NCBI GenBank assembly: GCA_965235115.1 | Contig: OZ249437.1 | Span: 42,284,001-42,348,000, forward strand | Direction: 5' to 3' | Origin: Laetmonice hystrix | Lineage: Eukaryota | DNA: 64,000 nucleotides | Shown: piece after piece, positions 26,235 to 39,947 of the stretch | How positions within the stretch are numbered: the first letter of the stretch is position 1 | Layout: each line of letters begins with the position of its first letter | Notes under the pieces: model-generated | What the model was told of the DNA's origin: nothing | Seen by the model: the letters and a program-made list of their open reading frames with translations, nothing else | The model's database searches: none | Position numbers and translations under genes: made by a program

Positions 26235-26480
26235 TTATATATGCACTATCTGATGACAAAGACTCTAATATAAACGTCAATATACTATACACAAATTTTA
26301 TATGCAATATCTGATTACAAAGACTCTAATATAAACTTCAATATACTACACAAATTTTGTATGTGCACTATCTGATTACAAAGACTCTAATATAAACGTC
26401 AATATACTACACAAATTCTGTATAATGCACTATTTGATTACAAAGACTCTAATATAAACTTCAATATACTACACAAATTT
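26235..26480. repeat. AT-rich tandem repeat, 61-62-bp unit, 4 copies
   Basis: gactctaatataaac recurs at 26261, 26322, 26383 and 26445. Confidence 0.92.
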
Positions 26481-27943
26481 CAAAATTCCTAATTATCCGG
26501 TGATTATACCTTTTTAATCTCATCAATTTTAAGATTTTAGACCTTGTGGATATAATTAGATTGTTACAATTTATGTAGACAAGCACTAAGGAACTTGAGC
26601 TTAGGTCCCTCAGACAGACTATTCTCAAAGCAATTCCCTCTGTAGCTTGGCTTAATTTCCTCTTGTTGAAAGGCCGACCTGCTGCCGGTATGCAGGTCTC
26701 CTGCCGGTATGCAGGTCCCTTGTGTCAGTGAATGCTTGGCGCAGGGTAAATTACTCATATCAGCATACCACTTTATGAGTTGTTTTTCGGCGTGTTCGTG
26801 ATAAGCATGATCACTAAAAGGAAAGAAATCAAAGGAGCCAGTCTAATGGCCCGTCTCGCCACTGGCACAACAAAGAGGATAGATAACTTAAGAAAAAACA
26901 CTTGGGGCAATTCTTTTTTCTAATACAGTCTCAACGGACATCTTGGCTCAAAATATCAATATATAAATTGATTCCGGGCTGTTATATGTACAAAGGAAGC
27001 GAAAATCTCTAAATGAAACCTTTGTGTATATTCACATACATATACCTGTACATATTGTTCGCCTTTCCACTATTTTACATCTATTTCAAAAGTTGGGACG
27101 ACACTTTTTTTTAAACAAAGGTCAATGGGTATACGGAAGAATAATTGACAGCACAAAGACCGTTCTTTTCTTCGTAAAATTAATATCAATAGGTCGAATT
27201 GCCGTACACGTGTGAAACTGTACTTAACGCTTCCATTCGGCAACCTTTCATTAAAATTTAATTTAAAATAATTTTTTATCAACCTGATCTTGTTCCGCAG
27301 TAGACGTCTACGGAAGGCGGAAAGCCAGTAAACCCCGCTCCCCAACGAACTAACCTCTTTCTCTGAAGTCCTGTCAAGAAATCGGGGATTTCTTGGCAAC
27401 CCAATTCCGAAGGCCAAGCTTCGCACGTCGTATAGATACTACGTCAGTGGGCCCTCAGACCTGCTGACCATTTCAGTAATTGAATTGCTAACTCCGGGGA
27501 GGCCCATGCTGCCCAGTAATCTAGGCGTGAAGGCGGCCCCCTTCTCTCCCGTGAATACTCCACGGAAACGTCATCCAGTCAAAACACAGGATCAAACGGT
27601 GTCCGGGGTCCGACTGGACGGCAGGTCGACCCGTCCACCGTGTCCCGACCCCGGACCGACAGAGGCGGACGGTCTAAAAGCCATCTGTCACCGCGTCGGC
27701 CTCGGGGAGAAGGTGGCGTTTTTTGATGACTGCTCGCATTAAGGCGGCCAGGACACCTACCATTACTATATCCACTTTTCCCTCCGCTTGAGCTAACTCT
27801 CGTTATGGGCATCACTAGCCGAGCCCGGCCCTCGTCAATATTGCATGAATCTCCCCCAGCGAAATCTGTCCTCCAGTCATAGCATAAGTAAACTATGTAT
27901 GATGTGGCGATTACACGTCCTGAGAAAAATACCGAAAACTGTC

Positions 27944-29034
27944 GTTGTCATCATTATAAAACATAGGACAAGTTGGTTGTCGTCATTATAAAACATAGGA
28001 CAAGTTGGTTGTCTTCATTATAAAACATAGGACAAGTTGGTTGTCGTCATTATAAAACATAGGACAAGTTGGTTGTCGTCATTATAAAACACAGGACAAG
28101 TTGGTTGTCGTCATTATAAAACATAGGACAAGTTGGTTGTCGTCATTATAAAACATAGGACAAGTTGGTTGTCGTCATTATAAAACACAGGACAAGTTGG
28201 TTGTCGTCATTATAAAACATAGGACAAGTTGGTTGTCGTCATTATAAAACACAGGACAAGTTGGTTGTCGTCATTATAAAACATAGGACAAGTTGGTTGT
28301 CGTCATTATAAAACATAGGACAAGTTGGTTGTCGTCATTATAAAACATAGGACAAGTTGGTTGTCGTCATTATAAAACATAGGACAAGTCGGTTGTCGTC
28401 ATTATAAAACATAGGACAAGTTGGTTGTCGTCATTATAAAACATAGGACAAGTTGGTTGTCGTCATTATAAAACATAGGACAAGTTGGTTGTCTTCATTA
28501 TAAAACATAGGACAAGTTGGTTGTCGTCATTATAAAACATAGGACAAGTTGGTTGTCGTCATTATAAAACATAGGACAAGTTGGTTGTCTTCATTATAAA
28601 ACATAGGACAAGTTGGTTGTCGTCATTATAAAACATAGGACAAGTTGGCTGTCGTCATTATAAAACATAGGACAAGTTGGTTGTCGTCATTATAAAACAT
28701 AGGACAAGTTGGTTGTCGTCATTATAACACATAGGACAAGTTGGCTGCCGTCATTATAAAACATAGGACAAGTTGGTTGTCGTCATTATAAAACATAGGA
28801 CAAGTTGGTTGTCTTCATTATAAAACATAGGACAAGTTGGCTGTCGTCATTATAAAACATAGGACAAGTTGGTTGTCTTCATTATAAAACATAGGACAAG
28901 TTGGTTGTCGTCATTATAAAACATAGGACAAGTTGGTTGTCGTCATTATAAAACATAGGACAAGTTGGTTGTCGTCATTATAAAACATAGGACAAGTCGG
29001 TTGTCGTCATTATAAAACACAGGACAAGTTGGTT
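27944..29034. repeat. Minisatellite, 32-bp unit, about 34 copies
   Basis: Unit tcattataaaacataggacaagttggttgtcg. Confidence 0.98.
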
Positions 29035-29248
29035 CTCTAAACATGGCTCTGTTGGTAAGGCTATTAGGCCTAATTTATTAATTAAGACGACTTATAGTTT
29101 CATTTCGATCAACCTATAGCCTGGCCTAAATAAGGTAATTTACGAATTCTTGCTTACTGCTCATTTCTCATCAAAGTCGACCCATTGCTGTGTAGCCTTT
29201 ATAAAAGAAACGCACAGGCTGATGACAAGATTGCACCCAAGGCGATGT

Positions 29249-29538
29249 GCCTATCTCTGCCGGCCGACATGTCCCTGTCCCGACACTGGGGCGGGGGTGG
29301 GGCCCTACCAGGCCGCCGCCTATCTCTGCCGGCCGCCATGTCCCTGTCCCGTCCCGACACTGGGGCGGGGGTGGGGCCCTACCAGGCCGCCGCCTATCTC
29401 TGCCGGCCGCCATGTCCCTGTCCCGTCCCGACACTGGGGCGGGGGTGGGGCCCTACCAGGCCGCCGCCTATCTCTGCCGGTCGCCATGTCCCTGTCCCGA
29501 CACTGGGGCGGGGGTGGGGCCCTACCAGGCCGCCGCCG
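29249..29538. repeat. GC-rich tandem repeat, 69/74-bp unit, 4 copies
   Basis: cctatctctgccgg recurs at 29250, 29319, 29393 and 29467; the 74-bp units carry an extra gtccc. Confidence 0.95.
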
Positions 29539-30287
29539 TATGGACCCCTGTGTTTTACTTGCGATAAGTTGGTGATGATACATAGTGGACAGGCTGTCAG
29601 GACAACAAGCCAGCAAAGAGCCCCGGCCGGACCCATAATGTGCACATTGCCAGGCATCTCACAGTCTGCTTCCAGAACAAAGTGGCCCGCCACCTGCCCC
29701 CTTCAAAAGCTGGCGCGCCGTGGCCACATCATGTACATCTACCCCCCCCCCCCCCAGGCCACCCACCCCCAACCACCATCCACCCCAACCCTCGACCCAT
29801 CCTACATATCACTCATAACTATATTTACAGAGAGATTTAGTCGGCAAACACCTCCACCCGTAGAGCACCCCTTCATCCCTGGGGTCACGTCCATCTGCAC
29901 TGCCCCCTGTCACATGTTTTTATGGTCAGAGTTAATACCTCCTCCGTGGCACATAAAGCCCAGCTCCCCAAGCCACACGGATGGTTCAGTAATATTGAAT
30001 GGTCATTAACTGAGCCTCCTGGTCTATCGACCTGCGAATCTAATTCGGAAGTGAAGTACGAGTGTTGTAAATATTCCAGAGATTATAACACTGCCTTAAC
30101 ATTGGATGGCTACGACAGGAACCCCGACAGTGTAACAAACTATAGTCCCCCACATCGCAGACTTTTGCCATTATTATACACTGTGGAGTCTCTTCATCAG
30201 TGGACATAGAACTCTAACATTCGGCATGATATGGCCCTCCTGTGAGAGGGCAATAATTCTATATGAGTATTATATTTACGATGAGGA

Positions 30288-30906
30288 TAATAGGACATCG
30301 TGTCCTGAGTGATGCGCCCCTGGGCAAAGTTTATAATGGGACAATGCGCCCCTGGATAAAGTTTATAATAGGACATCGTGTCCTGACTGATGCGCCCCTG
30401 GCCAAAGTTTATAATGGGACAATGCGCCCCTGGATAAAGTTTATAATAGGATATCGTGTCCTGAGTGATGCGCCCCTGGGCAAAGTTTATAACAGGACAT
30501 CGTGCCCTGAGTGATGCGCCCCTGGGCAAAGTTTGTAATAGGACATCGTGTCCTGACTGATGCGCCCCTGGGCAAAGTTTAAAATAGGACATCGTGTCCT
30601 GACTGATGCGCCCCTGGGCAAAGTTTATAATAGGACATCGTGTCCTGAGTGATGCGCCCCTGGGCAAAGTTTATAACAGGACATCGTGCCCTGAGTGATG
30701 CGCCCCTGGGCAAAGTTTGTAATAGGACATCGTGTCCTGACTGATGCGCCCCTGGGCAAAGTTTAAAATAGGACATCGTGTCCTGACTGATGCGCCCCTG
30801 GGCAAAGTTTATAATAGGACATCGTGTCCTGACTGATGCGCCCCTGGGCAAAGTTTATAATAGGACATCGTGTCCTGACTGATGCGCCCCTGGGCAAAGT
30901 TTATAA
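30288..30906. repeat. Minisatellite, 46-bp unit with two shortened variants, about 13-14 copies
   Basis: Unit ataggacatcgtgtcctga(c/g)tgatgcgcccctgggcaaagtttata. Confidence 0.97.
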
Positions 30907-31709
30907 CCAGCAGTTGTCCTGTCACCCATCCTGAATGTAGGGAACATTCAGGCTATCGGACACTTTGATTACCAGGCACCGTGGCCACGGGGGAGAGCTC
31001 AACTAAAACCTTTTGGTAAAAACACCCCCCAAATAATTTACTGACACGTAAGATGTGTGATATCGGAACCAGAGAGAGAATTAATTGCACCTTCGACAAT
31101 GAAAAAGCTATTCATGCACGTCAATCAATGCTACACAACGCACATAAAGAGAAAGACTTGAGTGTCTGTACTCACCTACAGTTACCTCGGCAGTCAGTCC
31201 ACACCGCTCGTCACCATCTGTTACATAGAGAGGACAGATTAAATTTTAAAATTGACTGCCATGATGTGGAACTATAACCTTATAGTATAGAAAATACTAT
31301 AAATTGTATGTCACACTATCCGTTTTGTAGATTAAAACGCGCAGAGATTCATCTTCAGTTTTTCAAATTGACAAATATCAAGAGAGTAAATACAGACTAT
31401 TACCATGCAGGCTGACGTTTTGTTAATTATGGTTTGAAATTAAATGTCGTGTATGATTTTCAATCTAAAAAGATTGTGAAATACATATTGCTTCTTTTAA
31501 ACCTTTCGAGGTCATTGAAATAATAAACCATAACATGGTTGTGTAAATATTGAGCAGTATGATATGGAAGATGTTCTAACGGAACATGTGGTAGAGTAGG
31601 GGGTCAGGAGACAACATTTTTGGCTAAAATGTCGATGTAAGTTAGCCAGCATTTTAGAAATTCTGAAGGGGCCTCAGTGGCCCTCGAGCCGGATGGTGAG
31701 ATGCTGTAA

Positions 31710-31794
31710 GGTCAGTGGTTTCCCCTGTCGTTTCCTCCACCAGTAAAAACTGACCGCCTTCATTATGACCCTGGCTGTTGCAAAGGCGTAACCC
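31710..31794 (+). mobile_element. Possible SINE 3-prime fragment
   Basis: ggtcagtggtttcccc...tttcctccaccagtaaaaactgaccgcc...atgaccctggctgttg resembles the GGTTTCCTCCACCAxTAAAACTGACCGCC core seen in invertebrate SINEs; from recall, not alignment. Confidence 0.4.
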
Positions 31795-34700
31795 CCCTCC
31801 CCCCACCGCGCAAAATCTAGAAATTCGCTATCACCCCTTCCTATTTGACGTCTGCTCAGATAGACCGGTTCTGTGCGCCTCCGTGAGAGCCACACTTGGG
31901 GCTGTTGAGCTGGAAGCCTTGATCTTGATGCTGCTAATGGACAGTATGGTCCTCCGGGACCCAGGCTTCATATGGCCTGCGAGTAGTATGTGAAAATGGC
32001 GCTTTGAATCAGGCTCCTGTGGTCAACTGGATCTCTCAGAGAATATCTTAGCACAAGAATCATCGTTCTCTTTGTTGTATATTGCATGTGCCTGAGTAAT
32101 CATGTATATATATGCAGAGGTGTCCATATGCAATTACGGCATTTGCTTTGCTAATGAAAATTGAAATAAAGAAGTGTTAGTCAAGCCTCATATTGATCGA
32201 TCATAATCTAGGCTCTAATAATCAAGTTGGGCTTTAATCAGGTAGATATATCAAATCCACTCATTGAACGTCATGAGCGATAGCCGTTGGCGGTGGCTGG
32301 TGTCCTCATAAAAACTTTCAGATGCTGTCACTCTGTTCAGCGTGAGACGACAGTGAGAGAAATAATCTGGAATTCGAATAATTCTAATTTCACTGATAAT
32401 GATTCGACTGGATAAAATCAGGATCGGCATGACAATTGGTAATTACGCCGAGGTGTGATTTTTTTAGTCTTCAGTCCGCCGTTAACGTAGCTTCTCACGT
32501 CAACACGTGCCCGGGGTGCAGAGCATGACGCTAGGGGGGCCAACTAATGGCAGCCACTCGGAGAATGGGCCTAAAATTGGTGACCAATTAAGTCGGCCTG
32601 AAGATGGCATCAATCAAGTCAGAATATAGTGTTACACAATGCGACACTTCATTCTCTATGCCTTCTTGATGATGGGATCCAATTACACGTCTTTCAAGTT
32701 CCCATTCGACTGTGCTTTTACATCATTAAGGCAAGGTTGGCAGGGGGGAATTCAAGTATTAAACTTCAGCTGCAACAAGCACAAGATATGCCAAGGGAAG
32801 AAAAACGGATTGATTAAATACGTCGGCCAGAACAGCATCAGGCAATCCTATAAAAATACACCAACATTTCAATACTTACTGTGGGAATTATTCCTCAGTT
32901 CAAGGTCAAGTATACATTGCATGCAGGTTGGTGGGATCTTCAGGATTTCCTAGTTAAATATATAATGAATAATTATCTCAGAAAAAAGCTGGTCTATATA
33001 AACTTAATTTCGATTTGTAATTTATCTCAGGTCGTAATCGTTGAAGTTAACATACGAGCCAAGGGCAAAGTGGCAGTGTAGTGTGCGTTAGCCCTGCCGG
33101 CATAGTGTTAAATCCATGTCAATCTATGTGGGACGTGACTTGATTATGTCACTCCGCCGCTGCAGCACGGACTCCGCCACAATCTTATCACCAGTTATGT
33201 AATGCATAATTGACAATGCTTTGATATGCAAATCTTGCCCAAGCCTCCAATGGAACGGGGACATGCCTGTGCCCCGTCCTTCCTCTATCCGTCACCGCAG
33301 ACAGCATACGAAGGCCGTCGGCGCCAATATTGCTTTATTGTTCCGGACCAGTGTGCTTTGGAAGGGATCATTTCACCCAGTGTTCTTGATCACCGGGGTC
33401 AGCACTGAACAATTGCCAATTATAATCGGCAGAAGTGGAACGAGGGTTGGTCTTCTCTCCTTTTCACAGCACTGATCCTTCAAATTACTGTGTACGCTAT
33501 CACAGCTTAACACGCATATCTCATATTCTCTCTCCCGCCATCAGACTGATCACGTTTCCATCATATTCATTGATTGGAGCATAATTAACTGCATTGCATC
33601 GTGTATCATATCACGCCAGTTGATGTAGGGCCGGTCTATACAAACTCTTCTTTCAGAACAAAATCTTCTCATACATATCTCACACAGAAAAAAACGTGTT
33701 AAGAAGGTTAGGTAAGAGTAAACTACATACGAACTGCGTTTCACAACCTGTCGTTAGTTTGTCGTATCGTTAACACCAATGTATTTTCAATGGTGATTTT
33801 AACGCACGACAGGATAACGTTGGTTGTGAAATGCTCATCACTACCACCAAGTAACATGAGGCACAGTTTCTAACATAAATATGGTTAATAATATATAAAG
33901 TAGGGTATTTATCCCGAATACTGACAGGACTTGTACCACCACTAACTCACGGACTCTGTAATCTAGTGACTTTATAACTTGGGGCAATGTTTGGATCTGG
34001 GTTGGTGGTTCAGGATACTATCACGGGACAACCACTGACCTACGAAAAATATGACAAAAGTAAAACACAAGGAGGTATTCAGCCCCCCAGAACCCCCCCC
34101 CTCCCCCTCCCTTAGACCCACGCCTAGATAGAAAGGTAGGTACTGTAGTTAGGCGAATCCAGTTTGCTCACCCTCACCAAACCCAGAGTCCTTCATGCAC
34201 TCCATCAATAGGATTAGCCTCTCCGTTTGGAGTGCGCCCTCTCAAGTACTGCGTCGGCACTCCACAACGACCCAACCTCGGGTACAGTTCACTGCCGAGC
34301 TCATTTTTTAATACAATTGATTTGTTTCGAGTACCTGCAAACAGCCTTGTCATGTTCCTGCAAATATTATGAATCACAATGCGGAGGTCTGAATTTTTAC
34401 TTGGACGCCGACATATTTCCGAGAACCCAGTGTTTACCTTACCGGGCCACAACTAATCTAACCTTCCGTACTCTTGTCGTGAGGGCGTGAGAATGCTCCC
34501 AAGTCTTCTGCTACCTTAATGGGGAACTCCTTTATATTTCTCCGTCTGCTTTACTCAATGTCTGCATTATGTAGTCCCCACAGATAGTTTTGAAGCCAGT
34601 CCGAATCTAATACGCCCATTTTCTCGACCTTTTAGTAGTTCACAATCCGATATACCATCAAACAGACCGGTCAGAAATAACAAATGCGGCGGTAAAGGAG

Positions 34701-36959
34701 AGTCTGAAATGAAAACGCTGACATACAGCGGAATAACCATACCAGAGGAATTTGTTAAGACTTCACATATCAGGCCGAACTCCTAATAAACAACACGTTA
34801 TTTTAAAAGAAAATCGATTTTCCGATAAACGTTCTTCCTAGATACGTGCCTTCCAACTTCCTTGAGCGAATGACAACATTGCTTTTGGTATTCATCGCTG
34901 ACCTCTAGCAATTTTCAATGGTAATAACAATGAGATATATAGGCCTACAAACACAGACTATTCCTGCTGAAAGCACTCATACACATGACAATACACACTG
35001 CCCAGTCTGTAGAATGATACATGTAAATCTAGAGGCTGAATATGCATGACAGCAGAACGGGGGCAGATCCCGTTCTCAAGTTTTCCTTTGGGAGACCCCA
35101 GATTTTCACACATGAACGCATGTTTCTCCGCAAGCATGGACAATTCCTTGCCTGGTGTATCTGATTGGTGTTCCATTTCTCAGCAACCCCTGTTTTATAT
35201 CTTCAGACTTAAAACACTCGCAGTCTCTTTCTTTTGTGAACAAAATAATCCGCATGATTATCACCATTCTATAAGTGGTCTTATCTTGAGTGGATTCGAT
35301 TTCGAAATAGGAATCTCCGATATTTATCATATTCAGTGAATATCGGGGTTTAATATTAACAGTAGGACGGGGAAAACAAGGAAGATATAAAGCCGAATTG
35401 TGACTTTCTGCTAGCCTGTTGTTTCAGTTTATCACATGACAGCAGCAAAAGAGAGAAAGCTTTTATCCCCTCCAATCTGTCATTAAACAGAAACAATGAA
35501 CACCTTAATTACCAGAAGAAAGGAAATGAGAGTCTACCTTTTATCTAAGCAATTACTTTGAATGTAAAAACCTTCCTTCACTGCCGACGTGAATGACGTT
35601 TTAGATCTCTACGATTCTACAGCTGTCAGACCTGTAGGTAGTCAGCATTACTGTATGGGTAAATGGGCTGCAAAGATATCATCCTTTATAACGTTTATTC
35701 ACGGTCGGTAAACAGTAATATTATAAATGAAATTAAACTATTAAATGAGTTATATATAATGTCTCAATCTGGTTAAAATGGAAATAGAAATGCTGACTAC
35801 GCCTACTTAAATGTACACTTAATGTAAATTACTGTTTCGAAAACAAGTCATTAATCAACCCCCTTGAAACGTTAACATTAACTTTTCATCTGACAAAGGA
35901 TATTTACATGAAAAACAGAAATGTGGATTTAATCAACATGGGCTTATGTATAATCTATTTCTGGCATGCTGCCATTTAGCAGCTTAAGAAAACGCAGATT
36001 GTAAAACTGGTTGCAATGGCCATGCATAAGGCCTGCAAGGCCACTAATATTAAAAAAAAACAACCACAAGACTTGACATAGAACACACCAGTGACATTTT
36101 TAAAGGCAACAATTAAGATAATAATGAGTAACCACCTTTCCAATTCAAAACTATTTTAGAAACGACCAATTCATCAATTTGCCTGTGTTGAATATTGCCC
36201 GACGTTTGGAACCATCTTCTAATAATATCTCACATTCTAAATGGCAAATAACTGAGCACAAAATGTCACGTGCATAATAGTCACCGCTAAAGGCCCGTCT
36301 AAATGTAATGTTTGCAGAAGGTGTGAGAGAAGGCCATGCCAGCCAAGGCTGAAGTTATTGCCCCCGGCGGCAATGCTAACACAACGTAACGCCAACAAGA
36401 GGTACCCTTAAATTTGTCCCCATCATGTAATTATGCTAGTAATGAGTTCATTTCCTGACACAGGCAGTTACTCAGGATTTAGGAGTGTGCGTAGCACCGC
36501 CTCAGAGAATTGTCAAGCTTTAATACAAGTGAAAACGTATGGCAATTCAAAAGCTACAGATAGAAACAAGTGCCCCAAATATATCTTCAAAGACAGAAAT
36601 TATGATCGGCACGTTCAAATTCCTTATGCCGCATTACAAAGTCTTGTTACGTCCCCCCAAAAAATGGAAAAGAAGCAAGCCCCTCGTTATGACGCCAGTG
36701 AAGCCACTATGGCAGCCATGCATCTTGAGGCCGCAATCGCCGCCCTCCCCCCGACTGCAACCAGCATGAGCCACAGTAAATCATTAGTTAGCCTCATGCG
36801 ACTATCTGTTGGTTGTCCAGCTTCCCCGGTGGAATAAATCTGGAGGGTTCGTACTGAGGCTGCCTTGATTAGCAAGACCTTATGGACGACCTCTCCCAAT
36901 ATCATCAGCAGTCAGGTCAGGTAGTCCACATTTAGGGAATGGTTGAGCTGGTCAGTCGG

Positions 36960-37290
36960 CGGCCTGTTGTATTCACTCAGGTGTTAATAGCCTGATATGG
37001 TCTGCACTAATCATGCTTACAGAAGTCCTTCAGTGCCAATCTCGGTGTGCCCCGTTGGCATTTCTATTACTGGCCAGCAAACGGTAGGAGCTGCTCGTTG
37101 ATGCCACAAATGTGATTACCCTCCAAAAGGGGAGGCTACGGCTTTAGTCGACATCTGAGCAGACTATACCAGCAGCTTCCCACTTCTTTGTGCTCAAACG
37201 TTTGAGGTGGCCACTAAGTATTCGCAGCAATACAAATAAATGACTTAGTATACAGCAGGGCAGAATAAGTTTCCAAACTTTCTCTTCGAG
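36960..37290 (-). mobile_element. Highly decayed RTE-like LINE 3-prime fragment
   Basis: Frameshifted minus-strand peptides HLFVLLRILS, HKEV, EAAGI and RGTPRLALKDFCKHD follow the order of RTE C-terminal motifs (HLRCLRRILG, NxEVLERAGI, GRPRLRYKDVCKRD). Confidence 0.4.
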
Positions 37291-37488
37291 CTAACCACCC
37301 AAGAGGCGGATTCGTGCAACGCATATGTTTACCATGAAGTATAGTCCCAAGGAGTTCGACAGGAATGTCAGGCTGTGCTAGAACTTTTCTTAAAATAAGA
37401 TCATTGCTTGTGAAGTGCAGTCCCTGAATACGATACATTCTACATGCATTTGTACATGCGGCGATTGTGCGATGAGTTCCTTTCTCAT

Positions 37489-38331
37489 TTACAATATGTT
37501 GCACTGGCCTACTATCTAGATTTAGTAACACTACAAAATGTCTATTGCCCTGTCAGTTACAATATGTTGCACTGGCCTACTATCCAGATTTAGTTACACT
37601 ACAAAATGTCTATTGCCCTGTCAGTTACAATATGTTGCACTGGCCTACTATCCAGATTTAGTTACACTACAAAATGTCTATTGCCCTGTCAGTTACAATA
37701 TGTTGCACTGGCCTACTATCCAGATTTAGTTACACTACAAAATGTCTATTGCCCTGTCAGTTACAATATGTTGCACTGGCCTACTATCCAGATTTAGTTA
37801 CACTAAAAATGTCTATTGCCCTGTCAGTTACAATATGTTGCACTGGCCTACTATCTAGATTTAGTTACACTACAAAATGTCTATTGCCCTGTCAGTTACA
37901 ATATGTTGCACTGGCCTACTATCCAGATTTAGTTACACTAGAAAATGTCTATTGCCCTGTCAGTTACAATATGTTGCACTGGCCTACTATCTAGATTTAG
38001 TTACACTACAAAATGTCTATTGCCCTGTCAGTTACAATATGTTGCACTGGCCTACTATCCAGATTTAGTTACACTACAAAATGTCTATTGCCCTGTCAGT
38101 TACAATATGTTGCACTGGCCTACTATCCAGATTTAGTTACACTACAAAATGTCTATTGCCCTGTCAGTTACAATATGTTGCACTGGCCTACTATCCAGAT
38201 TTAGTTACACTACAAAATGTCTATTGCCCTGTCAGTTACAATATGTTGCACTGGCCTACTATCCAGATTTAGTTACATTACAAAATGTCTATTGCCCTGT
38301 CAGTTACAATATGTTGCACTGGCCTACTATC
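37489..38331. repeat. Minisatellite, 68-bp unit, about 12 copies
   Basis: Unit caaaatgtctattgccctgtcagttacaatatgttgcactggcctactatccagatttagttacacta; identical ORFs recur every 68 bp. Confidence 0.98.
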
Positions 38332-39586
38332 GAACGACTGAAACGTTTTACTCGGTCTTCATATACAGCCTCACTTATTGAAAGTCTGAAGCTAAACCAG
38401 AACATGACAGACACTTCTTTTACCTCCGAGATGACGACAGCGCCCGCGAATTGATAGCCAATTAAGTACTTGCATCACTCCGTAAATAAGGACAACGCGA
38501 CAGAACGGTTCTGCTCCATGCGGAACATAAAAAAACAACAATATCCACCAGGTAAAATTTCAAAAATCTCAGAAAATCATAAAGGTTAAAAATCGTCATC
38601 AGCGTGTCACAAACGATTAGCGTTTCAGCGCGACTGTTTTCTCCCCTTTTCATAGATTGTAAACTTGTGAAAGAAAAAACCCACATGACATAGAACACCA
38701 GCCCAATAAATAATGGCGGTACAATATGCTGGCTTAACATGTATTTTTCTAATATAATCACAATTATAAATCCATTACTGTTTTCATCATCCATTAGATT
38801 ATCCTGGTTTCTTCACTTGAAAGGAAGCTGACCTGCAGAAACGAAGTGTTTTCTTTTCGTTAATCGAAATAACAGCAACATCCAGACACACTTCAGATGA
38901 ATAAATTGATGTCAGTAATTCACATGTATTATTTTCAGATAAACCAAACCCGCCCGCACATTGTCATGGGATTATTATCACTGTGAACTGCTAGCGGCTG
39001 CTGGACGTTGATCCGTTTTATATGACACAAGGGGCCACTGAAGAACCTGCGTCATAACGAGTGGCTGGACGGAAGCGAGTCCGGACCCCCTACATCAAAG
39101 ACAAATCACATTGCATTGCTGATGTATCATGGGAACCCCTCCCTGCATCCTTCAGACTCCTTGAAGTCCAAGTGGGCCACGATGGATTACCCCCCCCCCC
39201 CCCCCACACACACACACACCTGTTTATGTGCCGACTGAAAGATTAAAATGAACACGCATTCAGTCCAGGCTCAGCCAAAAATACGACTTGCCATAGCCCA
39301 GAACGAGTTATTAAACATTTAAAACCCCTTTAATATGAGGACTTTTTTCAGTACGTGTACCAGGGCTGAGGTCAGAGCAGCAGCTATGGCGAGGCCGTAA
39401 GCAAGGCTAGGTTAGAGCTGCTGCAACTGTTATGCCTGATGTCATAGATTACACGTTAATAAAGTGACTGCAGCAGACCACCTCCTGCCGATACAGCTGA
39501 TACCTCAGCTTTGCCCGGCAGATTAGGCCTATGTACACGCTCTTTGGGCAATATCATCGAATGATACATATCTAATAAACCTCCCA

Positions 39587-39791
39587 CAGACACGGATCCA
39601 GGGGGCACAATTCAAAAACCGCGGTATTATAATGTGACCTTAATTGTTACCTTATTTGGCTGCTTGCTTGATGTTCCTTTGGTTCAAATAACGTTGTTGT
39701 TATTCAAGATAAGAATCTCGACATTAGTTTTAATGAATGCCTAAAAAGTCTGTGCCCCCCCCCCCTTTAAAAAATCCTGGATCCGTGCCTG
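39587..39791. mobile_element. Non-autonomous DNA transposon (MITE, Harbinger-like ends), about 205 bp
   Basis: cagacacggatccagg (39587-39602) and cctggatccgtgcctg (39776-39791) are inverted with 15/16 identity; outer CAG/CTG fits a CWG target; internal poly-C run; no ORF. Confidence 0.6.
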
Positions 39792-39947
39792 CAGAGAGCA
39801 TAAATAAATGGTTTCTAACAGAGAAGCCACAGCTGGTGTCAGCGGAGCAACCCTCAGAAGGCATTTGAAAGATAATCGTTTGAAATTGACATCTTCTTTA
39901 GTCAGGTTTATATTCTTGCTTCGAAACGAGCCTGCTCTCTCGTCTGA

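Noticed and set aside
36433-36837. 134-aa ORF with a good acceptor (ttcctgacacag)
   Set aside because: No recognisable product, no linked upstream exon, and it lies next to a LINE relic; cannot be supported beyond chance
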